A stretch of 63,423 nucleotides of DNA, filler included, from Reclinomonas americana ATCC 50394 (GCA_048213135.1; 4 parts of one record of this genome joined end to end with filler, not necessarily neighbours in it); one strand, 5' to 3'; shown: positions 26,460 to 41,145, counted from the first letter of the whole stretch. Notes: generated from the letters alone by a model not told the origin. Translations and numbers: made by a program.

Positions 26460-27378
26460 TGTGAATGGCAAAAGTGTGATTCAGAAATGTCCTGCATGCT
26501 TTGCTGGCGAGGGTGGCGAGTGCATTGCCTCTGCCAGCGCGTAGTCGGGAGCAAGTTAATGTGCAGCGCCTGCAACGATGCAACACAGGAGGCCGTTCTT
26601 GCTTTGAACACGATATCGACGTCGACGTCGACGTTTGCGGAAATGGCTCATCTTCGTTGCGCGCGCGCTCTGCGCAAAGCCATGAACATCAGTATCAACC
26701 ATCGCGCATGTGCAGTGCCTTCTCCCGCCTGCCTCGTTTGCACGACGTCGGTCAGCCTGTTTTGGCGCCAAATGAAAACGACGGCCATTTTGTTTTCTCG
26801 CATCGTTTCGTTGTTTCTCGGTGTGTGTGTGTGTGTGCTGTGATCGCGCTCTTCCATGTACCGTTCGCCAGTGAAGCGAGTTGCGTGGCGATCAGTGTCT
26901 GTGTGTGCGTGTGTGTGCGTCTGTGTGTGTGTTTTTGTGAGTGAAAAAACGAAAGTGAGGCCGGACCACACCGTTGTCTGTGCGCCTCCTTTCGATCTCT
27001 CTCCGCTCGCACTGCCTTGTTGTTCACCTTTGCCTTCGCGCCTATCGTGCGCCTCATCGACATCAACTTCTCGCTTTCGCTCATTCATCGTCTTTTCACG
27101 AAAACTCTCTCTCACTCGCGCGCGCTCGTCAGGTGCCATCTGCCAATGGCGATGGCGAGCCGATTGTGAGTCCCAGTGGACGCACGACATCGGTCGTGTT
27201 TGAGTTGCGCGATGCAGCAGCGCGTTTTCGTCGTTGCGTCCTTTGCCTGAAAACACTCCGCGCAGACATCGCGCTGGATCGCCTTCACGAGGAGCAATGT
27301 CGCCTGTTGCGTATGTCGTTGTTCTCTCGTGTGTGTCAGTGGTTGCTGACGACGTTTCCATTGCAGCCACCGATTGAA

Positions 27379-30245
27379 ATGGAGCAGGATGAGGTGCGCC
27401 CTCTTGTCGTCGCCGACTGCGAATCTTTGTACTGACGTCATGCGCAGACCCCGGAGAACACGGTTGTGCTGCTTCCGTACTCGCACGCCGATCAGCGCCG
27501 CGTGCAGCGCATTCGCGACACGATTCGTACCTTTATCGATTCGCGTTACCGATCGCCCGATCGCGCTTTCGAGACGCTGGCCGGCATTCGACCGCGCACG
27601 GCGGCCAGCACTGCGGCCGCCAAGCGTGGTGGACCTCCGGCGCAGCACTTCACCGATCACCTTTCCGTTGATGCTTTCAATGTTGAGTATGTTGTTGAAC
27701 GGGAAAAGTTGTTGACACACGACTCACTTGTCGGTGGTGTGCGATGCAAGGACCTGCTGGTGAAGGCCTTTGCCCACAAGCGCAATCTGGAGGATGACAC
27801 CTTCGAATTCATTTGGAAGACAGTGGACCCGCTCGGTCACGGGTGCGTCACGCGCGATGTGTTCCTCAAGTTCCTCAATCCGGAACAACATCCGTTGCGT
27901 TGCCTTGCTCCCTTCATTCTCACTCTGCGTTTGTTCTTTTTCACGTTCATCTCTCCTTTCGTTTCTTCCCTCCCCTCTCCTTTTCTCTTTCTTTCTTTCT
28001 TTCTTTCTTTCCTTCTTTCTTTTTTCTCTTCTCTCTTCTCTCCGCATTCTCTTCTCCCCTCTCCTTTTTTCTCCTTCTCCCTCAGACCCCTTCGTGAAAC
28101 TCACTTCCGTGCAGGCTGTTTGAGGCCGTTGACGCCCTGCCGGAGGATGCTGTCATTCACTCACACGACGCCGACGGCCGGCGAGTGGTTGTGGGTGTCG
28201 TCGTCGAGTTTCGTCGTCATTTTTGCGTCACAGCCGAGCCTGTCCCTCTAACCCGTCGACGCAGTGACCGCCTGGTGCTCTCCGAATGCCTCGATCGCCT
28301 GCGTCGCGAGACCTCCAGCATCAAGGAGCTCTTCCGCCGCTTCGACAGGGACCACTCGGGACTCGTGTTCCGTGAGAACATGGTGGAGGCGCTGCAGCAG
28401 TTGAACTTCACCGAACCCGAAATCATCCTCATTTGGGAGGCGTTGGATCCGCAAGAGACTGGTGTCGTTGACTTTTCGCAGTTTGCCGCCGCCTTTAATC
28501 AATCCGTGTACCAGCCGACACCACTCGTTAGGCGCGTCACGCATCGGCACTGCGCGCGGTGCTTGCTCACTGTGCGATGTGCTGCTTACCTGTGTTTTTG
28601 TGTTCGCGCAGCATGGGAAGTCGATACAAGGCCAACAGTCAGATGCGGTCGCACCTCACAGGTGGCGGTGTGGTCGTGCGTGGCTACCGACAGACGCCAC
28701 TCTCGGACCCGCAGTTGCGTCGAGGATTCCCCATTTGATGTGATTGTGCGACGCTGCTCAGGTGACGATTGCAGTGTTCTGGAGGATCGCAAGTGGAGCA
28801 GCGAGCATCGCTGCGACAAGGCGCTCGACGAGCAGCTCATCATGTTTTTGCGGACGAATGCGTTGCGTAACTTGGGAGATCCATCTATCACGTGCCCGCG
28901 TCCTCTGTTGACGTGCGCCTCTCGCTACAGGCCTGCTCGTCAGCAACTGATCCGCGGCATTCGCGTGTTGGCCTCCCGCTCCCACGATCAGTTGCGCACA
29001 CCCACGCATGAGCGTCGATTGCTTCGCCACTCATCCTTTTCTCCCTTCTCTTCTTCTCCACAGCTGCGTCATCTTTGCCGACATTATGAGACTGCTCCAG
29101 CAGGCCGGCGGTCCACAACTGCTCCCGCCCGTGGCCGAGCGACTCAATCACATTCTGGACCCGCACAACTACGTCAGAATTCCACCCGAGCACTTTTTCA
29201 TGTTTATCAACGCACCAGAGGAGTTGCGTGTTTGTGGCGTTACCGGTGTCGGGACATCCATCTTACTTGGCGTGTGTGTTTGCGCAGTGAGGTGCATGCA
29301 CCGCTGGAACCCACGCACCACGTGGAGGGTGTGGTGCGTCTCCATGCATGGTTTCGCTCATCGCTCTTGCGTTCAGACTCACCAGTACCCTCTCTCTCCT
29401 TTGTATGCAGCCTGCTCACCTGGAGAAGGCGCTGACGGAGATCTCGCAGGAGCCGTTGCGTTGACCGCTGTTTCTTCATTCTATGCTCTTGCTGTTCGCG
29501 TCTCTCAACTCGCGCAAACAGGCTGCCCGCGGCCGGTCGGTGGACGAGCACTGCACGCCAGGTCTGTTCGTGTGTATCCCGCCTCTCTCGCGCATGCGCT
29601 CACGCACCATACTCTGCAGGCCGAGTTGCAGCGCGTGCAGCAAAAAGATCCGACCAGCGAGGATGCCATCAGACACCGCGTGACGGCTCGCAAGACCGTG
29701 CAACTCATCGACCAGCACCAAGATGCGATCATGCGCACGTGTCGCCAGTACTGTGACAAGTTTCGTGCCCGAAGAAAGCAAAAAAGTTGTTTTTGAAGAC
29801 CTACTCTCATCACCCATTCCACACGCAGATCGGGCACTGGAGAGGTGTCGTACCGCGAGTATCAACACATTATTCGCCACTGCGGTGTCATTCTCAGCGA
29901 ATCCGACTTTGTGCGTGTGGTGGCTCTGGTGGACCCGTCGACCACGGGTCGGATCCAGTACGCCACTGTGCCAAAGGACGCTCATGCGGCCATCAAGTTG
30001 CGTGGGAGAACAGGAAAGGCGACAAGAAAAAATGGGTTGAGATTGCTGACCAGTACCTTCCCTCTTCTGCCCTCACCTTGTTCCTTTCCCTTCCCTCCCT
30101 CAACCCTCACCCCCCTTCCCCTTTCTTGCACAGATCCAACGCCCCCGCGGCCCTCAACGAAATCGACGCGGCCTACGAGGTTCTGCGTGCGCAGGAAAAG
30201 ATCGACACACAGAACTTCCTGCGCAAGGGCACTCTTGGCAAGTGA
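27379..30245 (+). CDS. Multi-EF-hand calcium-binding protein
   Basis: WKTVDPLGHGCVT, FRRFDRDHSGLV, LDPQETGVVDFSQF, VDPSTTGRIQY. Confidence 0.75.
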
Positions 30246-30548
30246 GCCAGCGCTTTGCCGCTCTCAGCGTGTTTTTTTTTACTATTTTCCGAGTTCGTCT
30301 GTGCCTCCCACCTCGAAGAAGCAGCAAGTATACGTGCCACGCCACTGAAAACAAACAAGCGAATATTGCGAAGTTGCAACAAAAAGCTGAGAAACGCATT
30401 GGAATCGTCCTCACGCGTGTCCATTCCGTTTTTCTGCAAGCATCTTTGTGAGCCAAGCGTCCTCTCGATCGTGCCCTCAGTCCGTCGCTGTGTGCGGTCG
30501 CGACCACCTTTTGTTGTGTTCGTGTGAGTGAGTGAGTGTGCGACCTCG

Positions 30549-31868
30549 ATGAGTGGTGGCAGTGCGCTGGAGACACTTCCGGGCTCGGTGTGGCTCGTCT
30601 CCTGGTTCCTCATCAATGTGCTGCTGGCGGTGTTGAACAAGCTCATCTTTCAATGGACGACCTTCAAGTACCCCTTCTTGCTCAGCGCTATTCACATGGT
30701 ATCTATCTCTCATCTCCTCTCTCCCTTGTCTCTCTCCTCTTCTCTCTCCTCTCCTCCTGTTCCCCCCTCGCATGCCTTCATATCGCCCTCTCCCTGCCTC
30801 TTCTTCTCTTTCCTCCCCCTCTCCTCTCCTCCCTCTCCTCCCTCTCCGCCTTCTCTTCTCCTCCCTCGCCTCGCTCTCCTCGTCGGCCCCCTTCTCTCCC
30901 TCTTCTCCTTCACCTTTTCACCTTTGCCCCCCTCTCCTCCCCTCCTTTTCCTTCTCTCAACCCACGCACCACAGGCCGTCTCCACGTGGCTCTCACAAGT
31001 CTGGTGCGACTGGCTCAACATTCCCGATCCCATCGAGCAAGAGGCACAACAGCAACAGCAGCAACAGCGCGAACAGGGCGAGGAGCTGGTACCATTAAAG
31101 GCGGGCGACGGCGTGTCACCGCTGTCGTCGTCGTCATCGTCGTCGGCCACTGGCGGCATGTCGCGAAAGCGGCTCATCTTTTGGTTCTCGTTTGTGTTTT
31201 CAATCAACATCGCCCTCGGCAACGTCAGCCTCTACTTTGCCACCCTCAGTCTGTCGCAGGTGCCTTGCCTTTTGTGCAACCCCTCTCGTTCTGCCACTCA
31301 CTCCACGGTTGCAGGTCGTGCGTGCCACCATTCCCGGATTCACCATGGCCACGTCGTACCTCATCCTGCGCAAACGATTCTCGTTCAAGCTGTTGCTGTC
31401 GGTGGCGCCGGTGATCTTGGGCACGGTTCGGCCGCTTCTCCCCTCCCCTTCCTCCCCGCCTCCCACGTCTCTTGCTAAACATGCATTTNNNNNNNNNNNN
31501 NNNNNNNNNNNNNNNNNNNNNNNTCTGCATCACCATTGTCGGCTCCATCATCTACTCGGGTGCGGACGATGTGTGAGACTGCCGACGATTTTTTTGGTGA
31601 CTGACTTTTTTTTGCGTGCCACGCAGTGGTCGAGTACAACGAAGGCAAGGCGCGAACAAACGCCGCCAGCAGTTCTGCCAACGGTAACTCCTCCTCGTCT
31701 TCAACCTCGTCTTCGATCAACGGCGATCCGGAGGCCGCGATGCGTGGCGGCAGTAGTCGCGAGAGATTAGCGGACCTCGACGACGGCCAGTCGCCAACCA
31801 TGGGCGTACGCGGTCGGCGAAATGCGGGTGGCACAGCTGCTGCTGGTGGTGGAGGCGCACCCACATGA
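30549..31868 (+). CDS. Triose-phosphate/nucleotide-sugar transporter family (TPT/SLC35E-like), gap-interrupted
   Basis: VLNKLIF..FKYPFLLSAIHM, NIALGNVSL, SQ|VVRATIPGFT. Confidence 0.85.
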
Positions 31869-32015
31869 GCAAGTGAAACTGTGGATTCACAAAGCGACAA
31901 AAAGAAGCTGCAGTTCCATCCGCGAAGCAGAGTTGTCCTTGTCCGTCGAGCGCGCATAGCAGAAGTCGGAGGTGGATCTTTGTGCGCGCATTTATCGACC
32001 TTTGCCTTGTCTCCC

Positions 32016-33284
32016 ATGAGTGGCAAGAACCAACAGCTGGCATCGGCGCCACCAGCGTCGCTGGCCTCCTCCGGAGAGTTCCGATACTCATCGCTCGACG
32101 GTCGTCCACCTCCCGAAAACCCCTACGCTGTTGCGTGGTGTTCACAGAGAAAGAGACACATGAGCACAGAGACACAGTCATCCTCTCTCCCTCCCATGTG
32201 CGATGTGTGTGTTTCGCGCCCTCGTGGTGGCGGCGATGGGTGATGATTGTAGTTGCTGATGTTCGATTCTTTTTGACCTCGCATTCCGCGCCATCAGTCG
32301 CCGGTGAGTGAGTGTGCCAGAGTGTGTGAGTGTGCAATGGGAAGCACGTCCACTCACTCACTCTCTCTCTCTCTCTCTCTCTCTCTCGTTCTTGGTGTGA
32401 TTGCGTTGCGCAGCGATACGACGAGGTGAGATCGGCGATCGACAAGACTTCTCCGCTGTTGCTGCTCACCGTTGTCGAGTCGCAGGCGTACCACTCGCAG
32501 CCGGCACTGACATACCAGTCATCCTCATCACCATCGCCACCACCATCATCATTACCGCCATTGGCTGCGTATCAGGAGCCACCACCGCCTTATCCTGGCT
32601 ACGGTTCCATCGGCCGGTCGTATCCACCGGCGCCACCACCACTGCCACACGCTCCCCTGCTCGCTCCACCGCCGCTGTACGCTGACTGGGGACCACCACC
32701 ATCGTTGCCGGGACCACCACCACCACCGGCGGTGCCGCAGACGGGACAGGTGGTGTTGCCGGCGGGCGTGCAGCTCGGCCAGCCGACGCGAACCCACCTG
32801 GAGTGCAGCAATGTCATTTGTCCGCGATGCTCGGCCCTCGGTGCGTGTCATTGTGCTGCATTTGCGCTGTTTGTCTTGCTCACTGGCGTGCGTCTGCAGT
32901 CACCACAAGGTGCATGCTCGTCGCAGAAAAAATTGACGACTAACATTGCTGTTCCAGCTGACTTGTTGTGGAATCGTGCAGAGTCGTTCGCGGTCCAGGC
33001 GCGGCGGTGTGGACGTCGTCCATTGCAGTGGCGCTCCTCGGCGGATTCCTCGGCTGCTGTCTCATGTTGCGTACGCTTCCTGTTCCCTTCAATTTGCTGG
33101 AGAACTCACCTACTGTCGTGCAGTCCCTGTTGCATAACATCACTGCAAGACACGGTTGGTGGTACCGTGCAGTCTTGATATGCCTTCTCACCTCTCACAC
33201 GCTTCTGGCTTGTTGTCGTTGCTGGCGCAGAAACACTACTGTCCCGTGTGCGACCATCTCATTGGGGTGTACAAACCGTGCTGA
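32016..33284 (+). CDS. LITAF-domain protein with Pro-rich PPPY N-terminus
   Basis: PPPPY; CPRC, hydrophobic stretch, CCLIPCC, KHYCPVC..IGVY. Confidence 0.85.
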
Positions 33285-33494
33285 CGTGCGCGCATGGAAA
33301 CGATAGGAGGAGGAGCTGTGATTAAATACCCATTGTGTTGCTGTTGTTGCGAACTGCGACGGAGTATCTACCTACGTACACTGGTCGAGTTGAAAACCTC
33401 GCACGTCGAGTTCGACGGCGACAGTCGTCCCGCCGTCGTCGGAAGAAAACCACTTTGTTGTTGTTTGCATCAAGAGAGAGTGAGCAAGCCACTC

Positions 33495-35186
33495 ATGGAG
33501 AGCACCAACACTGCCAGCGATAGCAGCGCGGTCGCCGACCTGATCGGCTCCATGCAAGCACTCACGGTCAGTGCNNNNNNNNNNNNNNNNNNNNNNNNNN
33601 NNNNNNNNNNNNNNNNNNNNNNNNNNNNNNNNNNNNNNNNNNNNNNNNNNNNNNNNNNNNNNNNNNNNNNNNNNNNNNNNNNNNNNNNNNNNNNNNNNNN
33701 NNNNNNNNNNNNNNNNNNNNNNNNNNNNNNNNNNNNNNNNNNNNNNNNNNNNNNNNNNNNNNNNNNNNNNNNNNNNNNNNNNNNNNNNNNNNNNNNNNNN
33801 NNNNNNNNNNNNNNNNNNNNNNNNNNNNNNNNNNNNNNNNNNNNNNNNNNNNNNNNNNNNNNNNNNNNNNNNNNNNNNNNNNNNNNNNNNNNNNNNNNNN
33901 NNNNNNNNNNNNNNNNNNNNNNNNNNNNNNNNNNNNNNNNNNNNNNNNNNNNNNNNNNNNNNNNNNNNNNNNNNNNNNNNNNNNNNNNNNNNNGTGGCTG
34001 CAGCTGTGGACGCAGGATCAGCGTCGGAGGCACAGGTGGTACTGGGCGAGCGCATTGGTCGACTGCGTCGTGTCGAGGCCTCTGCCTGGGACGATCACAA
34101 CACGCTGGTGAAGGACGGCAGTCAGGTGGTGGCACGCGAGCGCATCATGCAGGAGCTGGGCTTGTCGCTCGACGCGTTTGAGCGACAGCGCGAACTGTGG
34201 GCCGCCTACTTTACCCCGGCAGGTGCGAGCGGGTAAAGGGCGCGAGTGAGCGAGAGAGGCACGAGCTCAACGTGCTGTCTGTGCCCCCGCCCGCAGTGGA
34301 CAAGGCGGAGTTGCAGGGCGACTCGTGCTCCTCGTTCTCCACGTGGCGCGACACGGTGCTGCCGCGGTACATGCAGCCGGGCGATTTCGAAAGGTGGAGC
34401 GAGGTGCCGACCGACCACTCGTGGGCCGACCGCTTCACCGTGCGTATATGCGAAGGTACCCGTGATCTGCTGAGCATCCTTGATGAGTGTGAGGTGAGGA
34501 GTGGCATAGTCTGGATCTTTTCTCTTCGCCTCCTCACTTTTACAAATCGCAGATCCCCGCCGCCGACAGTCCGTGCACTGGCCTCGAGCAGCTGGAGACA
34601 CTGGATGTGAACGAGTGCACGTGTCGACTCTTTATCGATGTGTGGTTGTGGCCACTGGTGACCATGTATCGCGGGCGTGTGCGCAGTCAGGTGAGGCCGA
34701 CTTGAACAGTGCGCACTTTTTCTCTCCTCGTGACTGACGAGCGCCACAGGTCGAACCACGTATCGGCAGCAAAGAGACGCTGTCGAGTGGTCCACTCGAC
34801 TACCGCCTCACCTTTGTGCATCCGCCACAAGCGGACGGCGAGGCCTCGGCGCACTCGCACGTGGTTGTTGAGGCCAAGCGCGGCAAGGGCAAGATGACAC
34901 AAGGTGGGTGTGCCGTGCTCTTTGTGCCCTTTTTTCCTTCACAAAACTCACCCCCTCCATAGCCGTGGTGCAGTCGATGGTGCAACTGCTGACGCTGCAG
35001 CAGCAAGTGGGCGCAGCACGTCCACTGTACGCCGTCGCGTGTTCGGCCTACCGCTTCCAATTCCTGCGACTGGACGCCCATCGCTTCCTCCTCTCCCCGC
35101 AGTACCAGGCCGACACCTGGGAACGAATGTACTGGATCCTCGATCGTGTCGCCGGCATCATGGCCGAGGCCGCCTCCGCCGAGTGA
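33495..35186 (+). CDS. PD-(D/E)XK restriction-endonuclease-fold protein, gap-interrupted
   Basis: Spliced motifs NECTCRLFID, VEPRI, SGPLDY, VVVEAK, AVVQ..QL, LYAVACSAYRFQF. Confidence 0.6.
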
Positions 35187-35262
35187 GAACAATAAACACC
35201 ACAACCCAATATTCCGACGGATTCGTCGTGTCCTTCTTCATTATCGCTCCTCCTCCGAACAC

Positions 35263-38200
35263 ATGAGCGACGAGGATGTGCCTCGCAGTGGCACAGGCAG
35301 TTGCGTATTCTCTCTTCTTCTCTCTCTGTCTGTTTGTGTGGGGCCGGCGAAAGGAGAGCAGCGCGTGGCCATGTCCAAACACGCGAATACTTCTCGCGCG
35401 CACACGCACACGCGCACACTCTCTGACTCTCGCCACTCAAACAGGCCAACGATCATCGCGTCGCGGGCACACAGGGAGCGGGCGGCATCAGGTGCCGATT
35501 GGAGGCGGTGATCTGATGATGATGTCGGGCGAGGGAGTGGTGACAGGCGAGGACATTGAGCGGGAGATGGAGGAGCGTGAGTTGCAGACAATGCTGGTGG
35601 ATCCAGAGACCGGCAGCAGTGGAGGCGGCAGTCGTCGGCGAGCTCCGCAAGTGGCACTGCCGTCTCCGCGACCGAGACGCACCAGTGCGGCCACTGCAGC
35701 AGCCGCCGCTGCTCCTGCATTGCCCTCAGGCTCCTCGGCGTCGTCGCATGCACGTCGCTCACGGCCGCCTTCTCGCGATGCATCACTGTCCGACTCTCGT
35801 CGCCACTCCGCCGGTCTCTATGTGGGCGGTGAGGTGGCGCACAATGGTGATGACGACGATGACGATGATGATGGCGACGACGAGGAGAATACACGCTCCA
35901 TGGCCTGGGATGAGGTGCCGGGATCACGCGGCAGTCGTGTGCGTTGCTTTGCTGTGTTGCTTGTTTTGTGTGAAAGGGTGGGTGTGTCTTGCTCACCCGG
36001 GCGTCGCAGTCGAGTGTTCCTGCGTCGCATCAACCGCGTGACCTCGAGGAACGGCATCAGGCGATCAATGCCTTGTTTGGTTTCATCCCGTTGCGTCTGT
36101 GCTGCTTGTTGCTCGGCGTGGAATGCCATGTTCTAGCCTCTGACTCTGATTGCGTGTGGGATGTGCAGATGGAAGGGCAAGATCATGAAGCGGTGAGTGG
36201 TACATTTGTTTGACTTCCAGTGTATGCCTCTTTGATTTGCTCACTACATGTGTTGCCTGCGTGCAGACCACTTGAACTGCGGTCGCCGGCGGTGCAGACT
36301 CTATACAGAGCACAGACCAAGGGCTCTGGTGTGTGTATCTTACTTTTCCTGTCGATGTCATGTCATTCGCACTCACTCCTCCTCCGGGGGACATGCAGAG
36401 CGCTTCTGCCAGATGGGCAACTGGATTTGGTTCATTGTGATTGGCTGGTGGCTCTCCTTGATGCACCTCGTGTGCGCCCTGCTCATGGCGGTCACCATTG
36501 TGGGCTATCCTCACGCGGGCGCCTGTCTGCGCTTTGCGAGATACATTTTCTGGCCTTTTGGAACGCGCATAGAACGTGAAGTGGAGGCGCATGCCAATGG
36601 AGCGCACAGTGCACGGGTTCGGCGATTGCTTGTCTTCGTCATGGACGCTGTAGTTTCACGCTCACTGCTCCACCGACAACCTGACAGGCGTCGCTGGCCA
36701 TGGCAGACGACGCAATGCCGTCGTATCAGAGTGTCGAACGGTATCCGTCGCTGTCCATTCAGAACGCGAAGCCGTCGAGTTTCCGACAAGCGTGCTTCTC
36801 CTCGGTCGTCTACTTTGCTCTTGTTTGTTGCGTAGCACACACCCCCCGTCGAACCCCAAGTGATGTGCTGCAGCCGACGTCAATCTCATGTCTTGCCCAC
36901 CAGATCCCATACTCTTCGTGTTGCACGCGATTGCGGCCAGTCTCTGCTGGTTCTTCATTCTATGGATCCCAATGAGCAAGATGCACGTCACTGTGCTGCG
37001 AGTGCTGGCTGTGGATCCACTCAACATGCAATTCAATGCCTCGTCTGTTGCGTCGTGTCACTCAATCTTGGCCCTCATCGCTGTCTCTCCCTCACCTGCA
37101 CCCACTCGTGACAGCGTGCGGAAGAAGACTACGGTCACTGGCACGTGGAAAGTTGTGTGTTCTCCGCCTCCAACGTCTACTACTACAAGTACTCGGTGTA
37201 CGGCATGAACATCATTCTCGTCAGTTGCGGACACCACCATTCCCCATGTCGACAACTCCATGTGGTTGTCCTCACCGCCTGTTCGTGCGGCAGATCTGCT
37301 GGTGTTTGTGCTGCTGTCACTCGGTGGCGGCTACCTCACACCGAAGCAGTGGCGTGACGATTACTGTGTGCTGATCTTTGCCGCCTGCCTCATTTCTGTG
37401 GTGCCCTTGGCCTACTACATTGGCAAGGCTGTGTCGAGGTGTGTAAGAGAGAGGGAGCACGCAGTCTCAGCAGCCCTCCGCGGTGCGCTCACTCCTTCGC
37501 GCCCCGCTCCAGCATCTCTGCACAAACGTCGTTTGTGGTGGGCGCCTTCCTGAACGCCACCTTTGGCACGGTGGTGGAGTTGGCATTGTACATTTTCATG
37601 CTCCGTGGCGGTCTGTTGCCGATTTTGAAAAAGGCTCTTACTGGCTCGCTGATTGCCGTGCTGCTGCTCCTGCCTGGTCTCGCAATGGTATGGCTTCTTT
37701 TCTTCTGCTGCATGCTGGTCGATGGCTGCTGACCGCGACGTGCAGATTCTGGGCGGCTTTGTGAAGCGTGAGCAGCGATTCAATCGTCGTGCGGCCGGCG
37801 TGTCCGGTGTTCTGCTGCTGCTCTCGGTGCTCGGTGCCTTCCTGCCCACATTTGTCATGTGGTTCATCGGGCATCCGACACTCGACTGCAGTCACTGTGA
37901 TGTGGCAATGTTCAACTCGAATTCAACACTCGCATGCGGCGACTGCACGTATCGTGAGGTGGGTGTGCGCCTCACTTTATGCTGTCTCGTTCGTAACACA
38001 TTGTTTCATCTCGTTCACCTTGCAGACCGATCTGTCACACGATTCCGCGTACGAAACTCGTGTCAGGTGCGTGCTGAGACGGGTCACGCCGCACGCCGGC
38101 CTCGATGCTTACCCTCTCGCGCAGACCGTTCATGTACTTTTGTGCCATCCTACTCCCCGTCTGCTACATCATTGGACTCGTGTTCACACTGAAGACGCAC

Positions 38201-39328
38201 ATCCACTTGTACCGCAAGGCGCACGATGGCGACGATGCTCCTGGTGAGGCAGCGATGAGAAGTTGATCGTGTCGTCCGTGCACTCATGTGAGTGGCAGAG
38301 GCCGGTGGTCATGGTGATGCGGAGTGGCCTACTTGGGCGGCTGTGGTCATCCTGCTCGTCTCCACGCTGTTGTATGCGGCAATTGCAGAGGTCTGTGTTG
38401 TGTGCCACTGCTTTTGTTCGCGATGGATGGACTCTCACCTATTCGAGCTGTGCGCAGGCCATGGTGCACGCCATGGAGCCGGCGTTGCATGCCATGGGAC
38501 TGCCAGAGGTGCCGTATAACGTCTCCTGCGCACACAGCCGAGCTGTTGAACAGTGCTGATACTGCATGCTGCAGGATTTCGCTGGACTGACGCTAATTGC
38601 GCTGGTGCCCAACATTGCCGAGATTGTCAATGCGTGTCAGTTTGCGGTGCAAGACAACATTACGCTGGGGCTCGAAATCGGCAACATTGCTGCCATTCAG
38701 GTGGGGTGTCGACGGCGACGCTCGTGAGCGTGTTTTCGCGCTGACTCTCGTTTTGCGGTCCCGCTGCAGATCTGCCTCATTCAGATGCCAGTGCTCGTGC
38801 TCACCTCGTACATCATGTACGGAACGTTGCGTGCGAAGCCGACTGCGGTACGCCACGATCTGCTTGTCTGCGTATCAATTCAACGTGTTCTTCGGTGCAC
38901 TCTGCAGGGAGGTGGACAAGAGCTTCCTGCTCATCTTCCAGACGCAAGACCTGCTCTGTGTCATTGGCGTGGTAATTATCGTCAACGTTGCGTGTGTGCC
39001 CGCTTGCTTCCCACCCCTCCATCTCTCTTTTGGCAAACCATCCACTTCGTGACAGTATCTGTTTATCGACGGGCGCTCGAATTACTTTACCGGCAGCGCA
39101 CTGGTGACCTGCATGTTCCACATCGCTTCGATTTGCGTCGTGAATTGTTTGCTCACAGTTGTGTGCCTCGCAGGTCCTGGTGTATATTCTCATTCTCGGC
39201 AGGTGCGTCTCGTGTGCATGCATTCATTGATCTTCAATGCAGCTGACGCTTTGAGCGCAGTTATTGGTTTGTCTTTTCCGGATCGGACGACGTCGAGGTG
39301 CACAGCGCACGTGCCGCAACGTCTATAG
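35263..39328 (+). CDS. VNX1/type II CAX-like cation/H+ exchanger with YccF-like domain
   Basis: [66 protein letters not shown]. Confidence 0.88.
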
Positions 39329-39458
39329 GGCCCCGGCTCGTACATGTTCATTAGACAGCTGGTGGAAGCGACGAGGGGCAGAGAGAAAACAACAAAATGT
39401 ATGGCAATATGATGGACAAACACTTGTCCCGCTCAACACCACGCATCCGTCAGTGGCG

Positions 39459-41145
39459 ATGTCGGTGGCGCGCGTGTACAAGGACGCGTGCATCTCTCGC
39501 GGCAGAGAGTACTGGGACTACGATGCCCTGGAGATCCAGTGGGGGTGTGTCGTGTGTGTGTGTGACGGTTGTTTTTTGTGTGTTTGTGCCATTTCGGTCA
39601 CGCACACACACTTACACTCTGTGAGCACACGAATGCCACACCGTGTTGGCATGTGCTCTCTCTCCCTACGTCCTCTATTGAGCTGCCTTTTGCGCCTCTT
39701 TGTGTCTCTGTGCTGTGTGTGTGTTTGTGTGTTTGTGTGGGCGGGTGTTGTACATCACTTGCTCACGCGCACTCCACTCACTGGCCTCCACGCTGCGCGC
39801 AGTGAACAAGACGACTACGAAGTGATCAGGAAGGTCGGTCGTGGAAAGTACAGCGAAGTGTTCGAGGGCGTCAAGTTGAGTCACCGTACTCACACTCACT
39901 CACTTACACTCGCAAGTGCTGCGCTGACCGTCTGTCTCTCTCTTTTGTGTGTGTACGTGCGTGCGTCTGTGTGTGTGTGATGCACGATGCAATGCAGTGT
40001 TCTGAATGGAGAGAAGTGCATCATCAAGATCCTGAAGGTCAGTGTTTCTTCACTCTCTCTCGCTCTTTCCCTCCTGAACCTCACACATGCGCTCTGTGTT
40101 ATGCCATCACGCAGCCGGTGAAGAAGAAGAAGATCAAGCGTGAGATCAAGATCCTGCAAAACATTTGTGGCGGCACCAACGTCATTTCGCTTCTCGATGT
40201 GACGCGCGACTCGGGCTCGAAGACACCGGCGCTCATCTTTGAGTACATTAACAACACCGACTTCCGGCTGCTGTACCCGACGCTCTCCGATCGCGACATT
40301 CGGTTCTACATTTACGAGCTGCTGAAGGTGTGTGTCTACAGCGCGCCATTTCTGCTTGCGTATTTCTGCTCCCTGTCGCTGACTGTGCCAAAGGCGCTCG
40401 ACTTTTGCCACTCGATGGGAATCATGCACCGCGATGTGAAACCGCACAACGTCATGATTGACCACTCGGCACGCAAGCTGCGGCTGATTGATTGGGGTCT
40501 CGCCGAGTTTTACCACCCAGGGCAGGAGTACAATGTGCGTGTGGCCTCGCGCTACTTCAAGGGACCCGAGCTGCTGGTGGACCTGCGCGAGTACGACTAC
40601 TCGTTGGACTTGTGGAGCCTTGGCTGCATGTTTGCCGGCATGATCTTCCGCAAGGAGCCGTTCTTCCACGGACGCGACAACTACGACCAGCTGGTGAAGA
40701 TTGCCAAGGTGCTGGGCACGGAGGACTTGTTTGCGTACCTGTCCAAGTACGATCTCGAACTGCACCCGCACTACCGCGGCAAGATCGAGAACTTCCCGCG
40801 GAAGAAGTGGAAGGTGAGAAAGAGAGAGAGGCTGGCGCAGAAGGAGTTGTGTGTGATGCACGTGACTGACTCATGATTGTCTTGCACACACAGGAATTCA
40901 TCACCGCCGAGAACAGACACTTGGCCACGGACGACGCCATTGATTTCCTCGACAAGCTGTTGCGATACGATCACCAGGAGCGACTGACGGCCGCTGAGGT
41001 GCGTACGCGTCGAGTTTTGTCGAGTCGAGCGGTTGTTGGAACTCACACACGTCCCGCACAGGCCATGCAACACCCCTACTTCTACCCAATCGTCATGGCC
41101 ATGGACAGTGATGCAACGACAGGCCACTCGTCGGGTTCAGCATGA
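39459..41145 (+). CDS. CSNK2A1: Casein kinase II catalytic alpha subunit
   Basis: [50 protein letters not shown]. Confidence 0.98.

Noticed and set aside
26556..27370. Overlapping ORFs between PARG and the EF-hand gene
   Set aside because: No recognisable motifs or consistent exon structure; probably promoter/UTR
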